Made by a program: the position numbers and the translations under genes
Shown: positions 57,126 through 64,000 of the stretch, piece by piece
Position numbering within the stretch: position 1 is the stretch's first letter
Layout: the number at the start of each line of letters is the position of its first letter
Notes under the pieces: model-generated
The model's input: only the letters and a program-made list of their open reading frames with translations
Told to the model about the DNA's origin: nothing
Database searches by the model: none
Source: a methanogenic archaeon mixed culture ISO4-G1
GTDB taxonomy: Archaea; Thermoplasmatota; Thermoplasmata; Methanomassiliicoccales; Methanomethylophilaceae
Assembly: GCA_001563305.1 (NCBI GenBank)
Contig: CP013703.1
Span: forward strand, 1,039,773 to 1,103,772
Direction: 5' to 3'
Length of the DNA: 64,000 nt

Positions 57126-57487
57126 ATAAAACGATTGAATCCCTGCGAACCCTCATGTCGGACTGCAAACTATGCGTGGATGCCGGTGTGTGCAAGATGA
57201 TCACCACCATCACGGCCAAGACAGACGATATCGGCATGGTCGAACTGGATGTCAAGAGCGACTGCCCCCACATCCTGAAGATGTGCTGGCATCTGGAACC
57301 CATCAGCCCCTATTCGGAGGTGGAGTCCGAGTTCTACAAGTCCGAGATATACAGGCTAGCGCAGGAGGCGCCCCTCCCGCATACTGCCTGCCCCGTACCC
57401 TCCGCCATGATCAAGGCAATAGAGGTCGCAGGTGGCCTCGGGCTCAAGCGTGACGTTCACATCACGTTCATGGACCCCGAGGAATGA
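57122..57487 (+). CDS. hypothetical Cys-containing protein (121 aa), translationally coupled to the upstream gene
   Basis: ATGA overlap with the stop of the transposase-like gene. CxxCxxxxxC cluster near the N-terminus. Confidence 0.4.
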   Translation: MNKTIESLRTLMSDCKLCVDAGVCKMITTITAKTDDIGMVELDVKSDCPHILKMCWHLEPISPYSEVESEFYKSEIYRLAQEAPLPHTACPVPSAMIKAIEVAGGLGLKRDVHITFMDPEE

Positions 57488-57590
57488 GCGGTCAGGGTTA
57501 ACGACTGTGGTCCCGCGGCCATCCGTTCGCATGTCTTATTAATCATTATTTCCGTCCGCCTCACATCACAATCCCAAGAGGGTAGAGCAA

Positions 57591-58571
57591 ATGGACAGCA
57601 ACGTACGCCCGGATTCTATGGAACGCATAACGACGCCTGCGCTGGCAGACGCCTTCATCAACGAACAGGTAGAGGCACTCAGGAAACAGATCGGTGACGG
57701 AAAGGTGCTGCTGGCACTGTCAGGAGGAGTTGACTCCTCCGTCGTGGCCGCACTCCTCATCAAGGCCATCGGTAAGAACCTCACATGCGTGCACGTCAAC
57801 CACGGACTCCTCCGCAAGGGTGAGGCCGAGCAGGTCATCGAAGTGTTCCGCAACCAGATGAAGGCCAACCTCGTGTACGTTGACGCGACCGACCGTTTCC
57901 TCGACAAGCTCGCAGGAGTCTCCGACCCGGAGCAGAAGAGGAAGATCATCGGTAAGGAGTTCATCGATGTCTTCGAGGAGGAGGCCAACAAGATCGAGGG
58001 CGTCAAGTTCCTCGGACAGGGGACCATCTACCCTGACATCCTGGAGAGCCACGGAGTGAAGGCCCACCACAACGTCGGCGGACTTCCGGAGAAGTTCGGA
58101 TTCGAGCTCGTGGAACCCGTCAAGCTGCTGTTCAAGGACGAGGTCCGCGTGGTCGGAAAACAGCTGGGCCTCCCGGACAACATGGTCTACAGGCAGCCCT
58201 TCCCCGGACCCGGACTCGGTGTCCGCTGCACAGGTGCGATCACACGCGACAGGCTCGAGGCCGTCAGAGAGTCCGATGCCATCCTCCGTGAGGAGTTCGC
58301 CAAGGCGGGACTCGAGGGCAAGGTCTGGCAGTACTTCACCGTCGTCCCCGACTACTGCTCCACCGGAGTCCGCGATGGAAAGCGTCTCTGGGACTGGCCC
58401 GTCATCATCCGTGCCGTCAACACCAAGGATGCCATGACCGCGACGGTAGAGGAGGTCCCCTGGCCACTCCTGAAGAAGATCACCGACAGGATCCTCAGCG
58501 AGGTCAAGGGAGTCAACCGTGTGCTCTACGACCTCTCGCCCAAACCCTGCGCCACCATCGAGTGGGAATGA
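57591..58571 (+). CDS. guaAB: GMP synthase, ATP-pyrophosphatase subunit (archaeal split guaA, subunit B)
   Basis: PP-loop SGGVDSS, with conserved dimerisation and C-terminal blocks. True start may be an internal Met. Confidence 0.85.
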   Translation: MDSNVRPDSMERITTPALADAFINEQVEALRKQIGDGKVLLALSGGVDSSVVAALLIKAIGKNLTCVHVNHGLLRKGEAEQVIEVFRNQMKANLVYVDATDRFLDKLAGVSDPEQKRKIIGKEFIDVFEEEANKIEGVKFLGQGTIYPDILESHGVKAHHNVGGLPEKFGFELVEPVKLLFKDEVRVVGKQLGLPDNMVYRQPFPGPGLGVRCTGAITRDRLEAVRESDAILREEFAKAGLEGKVWQYFTVVPDYCSTGVRDGKRLWDWPVIIRAVNTKDAMTATVEEVPWPLLKKITDRILSEVKGVNRVLYDLSPKPCATIEWE

Positions 58572-58656
58572 ATATCATCGGCGGGCACCAGCCCGCCATC
58601 CAAACCCTTTCGACATTGTTTTATCGGCTGTCGGCGATTTCTCTACCGGCGATATC

Positions 58657-59199
58657 ATGGGAGAGCTCGAGGACATCCGCAGGGAACTGGGATTGGTTCA
58701 GATCTACACCGGGAACGGCAAAGGGAAGACCACGGCCGCATTGGGTCTGGCACTTAGGGCGAGCGGACGCGGGCTGAACGTCCTTTTCCTCCAGTTCCTG
58801 AAACCCGACGCAGGCTACGGGGAGCAGAAGGCATGCTCCGGGATCGATAAGATCACCATGATCCCGATGGGGGCCGACCACTTCATCGGAAAGAACCCCT
58901 CGCAGGAGGACATCGACATGGCACATGACGCACTGTCGAAGTCGGAGGAACTGATAGGTTCCGGCAGATACGACGTGGCGATCCTCGACGAGGCAATAAA
59001 TGCCGTCCGTCTAGGGCTTATTACTTCAGAAGAACTCATAGCATCATTGAAAAGACGCCCCAAACACGTCGAGATCGTCCTCACCGGAAGGGGAATGACC
59101 CCCGAGCTCGAGGAGTATGCCGACCTCATCACCGAGATGAGACTCGTGAAGCACCCCATGGACAAGGGGATCGATGCGAGAATGGGAATCGAATACTGA
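58657..59199 (+). CDS. cobA: ATP:cob(I)alamin adenosyltransferase (CobA/CobO/BtuR family)
   Basis: About 180 aa with the P-loop-like YTGNGKGKTTAALG characteristic of the CobA family. Confidence 0.8.
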   Translation: MGELEDIRRELGLVQIYTGNGKGKTTAALGLALRASGRGLNVLFLQFLKPDAGYGEQKACSGIDKITMIPMGADHFIGKNPSQEDIDMAHDALSKSEELIGSGRYDVAILDEAINAVRLGLITSEELIASLKRRPKHVEIVLTGRGMTPELEEYADLITEMRLVKHPMDKGIDARMGIEY

Positions 59200-59208
59200 A
59201 AGAAGGAA

Positions 59209-59282
59209 TGGGGTCGGGAGAGGGGATCGAACCCCCGTATGCGGATCTGCAGTCCGCCACATAGCCACTGTGTTACCCCGAC
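59209..59282 (-). tRNA. tRNA-Cys (anticodon GCA) with encoded CCA
   Basis: Acceptor GTCGGGG/TCCCGAC, D-stem CACA/TGTG, anticodon stem GCGGA/TCCGC with loop CTGCAGA, T-loop TTCGATC, 3' CCCA. Confidence 0.75.
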
Positions 59283-59375
59283 GCTGGACAGTAGCATTAT
59301 TTGACCCTATATAACACTAACGTCATCGCTTTTTCGGCATCAATCGAGAATCGATTTTGCCACACGTTCCGCCAT

Positions 59376-60389
59376 CTAGCCCAAGGAATCGATGCCTATG
59401 CGCTCGTTCCAGAACAGGCGCCCGCTGACCGCCGCCTGAGGGTCGGGGATGAACGACACCTTCTCAGGTACCAGGCCCCTGAATATCGGATCGCCTATGA
59501 CACACTTGTATCCTGAGGATACGAGTTCCGTGAGATGCTCCTCGGACCTCACCTTCAGGTCCCCCTCCTCGGAGAAACTGTCGCTGAGCGTGAAGAATGT
59601 GGCCACGTCCGCATCGACACCCTTGTGCCTGAGCTCGTTGCGTATAACATTGGACCTAACCTGCTCGCCGACCACAAGGATCTGGCGGTCGCCGTTCCCT
59701 TCGGCCTTGGTCCCCGGCATGAACGCCTCGTATTCGACACCGAATTTGGACCTCATTATCCTGGCGAACGGTTCCGCGGACGATGACAGCAGGATGTTCC
59801 TTTCTGCGTTTCTGATTCCCGACAGGACCCTGATGTCGGAACCTGGGAATGTCACGGCCGCTCTTACATCGGCGGAGATCGCGGACATCTCCTCTGCGGT
59901 GTATTCCAAGGGACTGAATCCCAGAAGGGCCGTTCCGGACCCTTCGCCTTCGGGAACGATCTCCAGTATCCTCTTCATGGCTTTGGCCATACCGTCGTGG
60001 TACGTACCGTACCCGTTCGTCTCTATGGATACCGCCGGGATCCCGAACTCCTTCTTCAGCCTCCTGCACATGATGTCCGTGTCTATTCCGACCAGCGACG
60101 ACACCGGTGTGTGGACGAACCCTATGAATCCCGTATCCTTAGGGATGTCGAGATTCCTGAACTCCTCCATCCAGTCCCTGTCGCCGAAGATAACGTCCTT
60201 CTCGTTGAGCTCGAGCTGCAGTACGTTTCCCGGGAGTTCCGCCCAGCGGGGCTCGTCGAAGCGGACGTAGTTCCCCATGCAACCGTTAGGGCAGCATATG
60301 ACCGCCAGACCTCCGCAGTCGCGGACTGCCGATGCGGCCGAGGAATAATCGGTGGCGAACAACGGCAGTGTGCTGTACAGTCTTCCCAT
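59376..60389 (-). CDS. nitrogenase component-1-like oxidoreductase (NifD/K / BchN/B / CfbD family), 337 aa
   Basis: Oxidored_nitro-like Rossmann-type layout with an N-terminal Cys cluster (AVICCPNGCMG). Adjacent to a paralog with a 1-nt overlap. Confidence 0.55.
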   Translation of the reverse strand: MGRLYSTLPLFATDYSSAASAVRDCGGLAVICCPNGCMGNYVRFDEPRWAELPGNVLQLELNEKDVIFGDRDWMEEFRNLDIPKDTGFIGFVHTPVSSLVGIDTDIMCRRLKKEFGIPAVSIETNGYGTYHDGMAKAMKRILEIVPEGEGSGTALLGFSPLEYTAEEMSAISADVRAAVTFPGSDIRVLSGIRNAERNILLSSSAEPFARIMRSKFGVEYEAFMPGTKAEGNGDRQILVVGEQVRSNVIRNELRHKGVDADVATFFTLSDSFSEEGDLKVRSEEHLTELVSSGYKCVIGDPIFRGLVPEKVSFIPDPQAAVSGRLFWNERIGIDSLG

Positions 60390-61609
60390 CAGATCACCAG
60401 ATTCGCATTTTCGACCTGACGGTGGAAGTCGGTCGGCGACTCGATCGATTCCTCGATCTTGTCCATCAGTCTCTCGATCCCGTAGAATCCGAACAGACCC
60501 CTGTCCTGCACGATGTCCACCGAGCGCTGCGCCATGGTGAAGTACGCGGCATTGAACCCTATCGCTATGTCAACGCTCCCGCACTTCCCTACCATGGAGG
60601 ACATCGCCGGATCTCCGCAGTCATAGACCTTCAGGTCCGGGATCCTGGCCTGCAGATACTCCAGATCCTCCCTCTCGGACTTCGATATCCCCGAATGGAA
60701 CACGGAACGCACATCGAAACCGTAATTCACCAGGCTCCTGGCGAGGTCGAACGGCCTCTCGGTGGCCATGCTCCCAACCGATACGGTCATACCCTTGACC
60801 ATATCGGATACCTTCCTGACATGGTCCTCTGCGCTCTTGGCGTACTTATCGAGATCGAAGCTGACCCCGAGCGATTCGGACAGCCTGCGGTAATGGTCCT
60901 TCACGCGGTCCACGGAATATGTGGGGAGCAACGGAATGTGCCTTGCGTTGCTGATCTCCTTGGCAGCACTCATCGCCTTCACGGACAGAACGAGGTTCGT
61001 GCCTGCCATCCCCATACGGAGGAAATCATCGTAGGTTCTGCACAGCGTGAGATGCTTGACCTCTTTCACCCCGCATCCCTTCAACAACGGGTACAGTTCG
61101 CATTCCGCATCTGGTGCCGCATCGGAGCCGATGAGGTTCACGATGTCGTCCCGGACATCCGTGAAATCCAAAAGACCCAGTATCTTCTTTTGTGTGGCGA
61201 CCGCGGGCGGATTGTGGGTGTCCGCGGCCACAGGGTTCATGTCCACCACGAGCACCTCTGTATCCGAATTCTCCGATTTGACCCTCTGTCTGAGACGCTC
61301 GTTGTCCAGACCTGAAATGTACGTCGAACAGCAGACGTATATCAGGAGTATCCTTGGGCGTCTGCTCCGGATGATCTTCGAGGCTGCCTCGACGACGCCG
61401 TCCTCGGCCACGCCCAGGATTACCTCGCTCTCGTCCATCACATAGTAGCTCATCCTGTCGCTGTATCCTGCCAGGTGAGCGGATATTGATATGTGCCTGC
61501 CGCAGGCATTGGAGGATGCCATCAGGATCTGGCTCTCCGGTATGTCCGAACCGACGCGTACGATGCCGTAACCGCCGTCGGTCGCCGGACAGAAGCACAG
61601 CCTGGACAT
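60389..61609 (-). CDS. nitrogenase component-1-like oxidoreductase paralog, 406 aa (alternative start at 61522)
   Basis: Same family by overall pattern. If the start is M30 (61522), it forms a TGATG overlap with the upstream ABC ATPase stop. Confidence 0.55.
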   Translation of the reverse strand: MSRLCFCPATDGGYGIVRVGSDIPESQILMASSNACGRHISISAHLAGYSDRMSYYVMDESEVILGVAEDGVVEAASKIIRSRRPRILLIYVCCSTYISGLDNERLRQRVKSENSDTEVLVVDMNPVAADTHNPPAVATQKKILGLLDFTDVRDDIVNLIGSDAAPDAECELYPLLKGCGVKEVKHLTLCRTYDDFLRMGMAGTNLVLSVKAMSAAKEISNARHIPLLPTYSVDRVKDHYRRLSESLGVSFDLDKYAKSAEDHVRKVSDMVKGMTVSVGSMATERPFDLARSLVNYGFDVRSVFHSGISKSEREDLEYLQARIPDLKVYDCGDPAMSSMVGKCGSVDIAIGFNAAYFTMAQRSVDIVQDRGLFGFYGIERLMDKIEESIESPTDFHRQVENANLVI

Positions 61610-62394
61610 CGCAGCCTCCCGATCGGAATTATGAACCTGTACGTCTCGCCGTTCTCGGTCATGGAGCCTATCCTGGCCTTGACCCTGAACACGTTCATGA
61701 GGTTCTCCTCCGTGATCACATCAGCGGTGTTTCCGAATATGTAGTTGCCCTTGCCGTCCAGCATGAGGGTCTTGTCCGAGATGCGGAGAGCGTGCTCCGG
61801 ATAATGGGTGTTGATTATGCATGTCATCTCGCCAGACAGTTCCTCGATCAGATCCATTATCCTCAGCTGGTTGCTGTAGTCCAGATTGGATTCAGGCTCG
61901 TCGAGCACGAGGATCTCCGGTTCGGACACGAGTGCTCTCGCGATCATGACGAGCTGCATCTCTCCCCCGCTCAGGGTGTTGTAGCGGCGGTCCGCAAGAG
62001 ACGCGATGTTGAGTCTCTCCAGATAGGAGTCGACGATGGCCTCGTCGGCCTCCGAGGGGGAATCATACATGCCGATGTGGCCTGAACGGCCCATCATGAC
62101 CATCTCCCTGACCGTGTAGTCGAAGGTGGCACTCTTCATCTGCGGAACATATGCCAGATGCTTGGTCAGCTCCCTGGGGGAGAACGTGCTTATGTCCCTG
62201 CCATTGAGTTCGGCCTTCCCCGAGGACCACTTGTAGAATCCCATCACGCACTTGAGGAGCGTGGTCTTCCCGGCCCCGTTGGGTCCGAGGATGGTGAGGA
62301 CCTGATTGTCCCCTACCTCGAAGCTTATGTCGGAGAACAGGACGCGGTCCCCGAACCCGAAACGCCCGTTCGTGACCTTCAAATCCTTGACCAT
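61522..62394 (-). CDS. ABC transporter ATP-binding protein (FecE/BtuD-like)
   Basis: Walker A GPNGAGKTT, signature LSGGEMQLV, Walker B LVLDEPESNLD. Start MVKDLKV overlaps the permease end. Confidence 0.8.
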   Translation of the reverse strand: MVKDLKVTNGRFGFGDRVLFSDISFEVGDNQVLTILGPNGAGKTTLLKCVMGFYKWSSGKAELNGRDISTFSPRELTKHLAYVPQMKSATFDYTVREMVMMGRSGHIGMYDSPSEADEAIVDSYLERLNIASLADRRYNTLSGGEMQLVMIARALVSEPEILVLDEPESNLDYSNQLRIMDLIEELSGEMTCIINTHYPEHALRISDKTLMLDGKGNYIFGNTADVITEENLMNVFRVKARIGSMTENGETYRFIIPIGRLRCPGCASVRRPTAVTASYASVRTYRRARS

Positions 62395-63380
62395 GACCTT
62401 TGCCTCCTTATGAACAGTACAGCGAATATGGGCGCACCGATGAGCGCCGTGCAGATGGACAGCGGGATCTCGGCCGCGATGAGGCTGCGGCATATGGTGT
62501 CGCAGACCATCAGGAACGTCGCCCCCAGGACCATCGATACGGGGATGACACGGCTGTTGTCAGAACCGACGACCAGCCTTGCGATGTGCGGGATGACCAA
62601 TCCTATCCACCCGATCTGACCGCACAACGAAACCGACGTGGCGACCAACAGCGTGGCGGCCAGCATGAATGTCCAGCGCAGCTTGGCCGGATCGTGCCCC
62701 AGGGCCCTGATCTCCTCGTCATCGAGCGATATTATGTTGAGTCTCCACCTCAGGGCGTATATCACGATGGCTCCTATCAGGAACAGCGGCAGGGCGTTGA
62801 GTATCGTATCGTACCCCTTCCCGGAAAGGCTTCCCATGAGCCAGTAGGTGATATCCGGCAATTGTGTCAAAGGGTCCGCTATGTACTTTATGAGGGCGAT
62901 CAGAGCGTTGAACACCCCTGCTATGATGATTCCTGCCAGTACTATGGACAGAATGGATGATGAATGCGATGATTTGCAGATGAAGAACACGACCGCCAAT
63001 GCGACCAGTCCCATCGCCAATGCGAGGAACTGCATGGGGAATGCCGAGAGACCGATGAAGATCGCGAGGGCGGCTCCGAATGCCGTGGCTGACGACACTC
63101 CGATGACGTCAGGCGATGCCAGCGGGTTGGAGAGTGTGGACTGGAACACGGTACCGGCCATGGCCAGCGCACAGCCGACGATGGCTGACATCACTATGCG
63201 CGGGAACCTGACCTCCATCACCACCGTCTCCTCCGTGGAACCGGTGGGGGATACTATGAACGACCATATGCACTCCACCACATGATCGAAAGGTACGGAG
63301 TACCTGCCGACCCCGAGTAGTAGGAACCCGAGGACGACAGGCACAGCGACCAGTAAGAGTATTTTGTTCTCGTATTTCAT
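62379..63380 (-). CDS. FecCD/BtuC-family ABC permease
   Basis: 333 aa, about 9 TM helices, with RFPRIVMSAIVG and GVSSATAFG motifs. Confidence 0.85.
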   Translation of the reverse strand: MKYENKILLLVAVPVVLGFLLLGVGRYSVPFDHVVECIWSFIVSPTGSTEETVVMEVRFPRIVMSAIVGCALAMAGTVFQSTLSNPLASPDVIGVSSATAFGAALAIFIGLSAFPMQFLALAMGLVALAVVFFICKSSHSSSILSIVLAGIIIAGVFNALIALIKYIADPLTQLPDITYWLMGSLSGKGYDTILNALPLFLIGAIVIYALRWRLNIISLDDEEIRALGHDPAKLRWTFMLAATLLVATSVSLCGQIGWIGLVIPHIARLVVGSDNSRVIPVSMVLGATFLMVCDTICRSLIAAEIPLSICTALIGAPIFAVLFIRRQRSWSRI

Positions 63381-64000
63381 CAGTGGATGACCGCGGAAGT
63401 CGGATCAGGGTATATGAATTTTGATACCATCTCATCCGACGCATCATATCCGAACATGTCCTTGATCCATTTCTTGGCAACATTCTCGATGTCAAGGGAT
63501 TCGAACAGGTCTGGATGCAGAACCTTCGCTAGGAACTGGAGTGTGACTCCCGCTTCCAGGGAGGGGGCGTACGAGAAATATGTCTCCGAGGGGAACACGT
63601 AAACGTGACTGTCCTGAGCGGCCTTCACGGATGCCCAGTTCTGTCCGTCGATCTTGTTCTCGATGATATCCGCCGGCATCTTCCCGGAACTGTTGGCGAA
63701 GAAGATGTATTCAGGATTCCATGCGAGGATCTGATCCATATTGACGTCCTGGAGTCCGGTAAGGGACGCGGCTACGTTCTTCGCACCGGCAGCATTGAGC
63801 CAGTACTCGGAGTAGTGTCCGCTTCCGGCGACCTTGACCGTTCCGTTCGCATTGATAGCGAAGATGATCATGACCTTGGGTTTGTCAGCGTCCGCCACGG
63901 TATCGATCTTCTCCTTGACGAGGGCCTTCGCCGAATTGTTGTAGTCGACCAGTTTCTTGGTGGGCCCGTCGTTCTTGAAGATGTCCTTCATGAGCTTGAG
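63380..64000 (-). CDS. periplasmic binding protein (BtuF/FhuD-like), 5'-truncated by window edge
   Basis: C-terminal 203 aa of a class III SBP (NPEYIFF, KVMIIFAINANG). The N-terminus lies beyond 64000. Confidence 0.6.
   Translation of the reverse strand, partial: LKLMKDIFKNDGPTKKLVDYNNSAKALVKEKIDTVADADKPKVMIIFAINANGTVKVAGSGHYSEYWLNAAGAKNVAASLTGLQDVNMDQILAWNPEYIFFANSSGKMPADIIENKIDGQNWASVKAAQDSHVYVFPSETYFSYAPSLEAGVTLQFLAKVLHPDLFESLDIENVAKKWIKDMFGYDASDEMVSKFIYPDPTSAVIH

Noticed and set aside
60332-61315. 327-aa plus-strand ORF
   Set aside because: Antisense to the Nif-like paralog. Arg/His/Gly-rich run-on frame.
1-64000. CRISPR arrays, rRNA genes, prophage structural genes
   Set aside because: No regularly spaced direct repeats, no rRNA-like conserved stretches, and no capsid, terminase or integrase-like ORFs were found. 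The only mobile-element-like gene is the IS1634-like ORF at 55608.

Overview
Gene-dense, GC-rich archaeal chromosome segment, about 70 CDS on both strands and 5 tRNAs. The content points to a methyl-reducing methanogen of the Methanomassiliicoccales type: a methanol methyltransferase operon mtaC-mtaB-ramA-cobW, an MtaA/MtbA-family gene, an H+-pyrophosphatase, the archaeal Spt4/RpoE'/S24e/S27ae string, ABCE1, helicase-only Hef, diphthine synthase and deoxyhypusine synthase. No rRNA genes or CRISPR arrays were seen. Housekeeping genes include MetRS, DNA ligase, ADP-forming acetyl-CoA synthetase, MgtA, the GMP synthase ATP-pyrophosphatase subunit and CysK. They are interspersed with accessory-looking loci, listed here by interest. 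(1) 37.5-40.3 kb: a RiPP-like locus with a radical SAM/SPASM enzyme preceded by a 102-aa peptide whose C-terminal half is packed with Cys (two CCC triplets), plus a second small Cys-rich ORF and a divergent unknown protein. (2) 22.3-28.7 kb: a compositionally AT-shifted corrinoid/iron-chelate-type ABC importer island. Its three extracytoplasmic proteins each begin with a paralogous W/Y/NG-rich module that looks like the DUF4430 / transcobalamin beta-domain, and its BtuC-like permease is fused to a roughly 650-aa extracellular PQQ-like beta-propeller. (3) 58.6-64 kb: cobA, tRNA-Cys, two adjacent nitrogenase-component-1-like (NifD/K, BchN/B, CfbD family) paralogs and a second BtuFCD-like importer. 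(4) A recurring GGATG/CATCC palindromic motif sits upstream of both the mtaA-like gene and the mtaCB operon. (5) An SPFH/zinc-ribbon gene pair. (6) An IS1634-like transposase-like gene abuts the mta promoter. (7) An MFS transporter gene is interrupted by a +1 frameshift in a G-run. All family assignments rest on motifs read directly from the translations. No database search was run.
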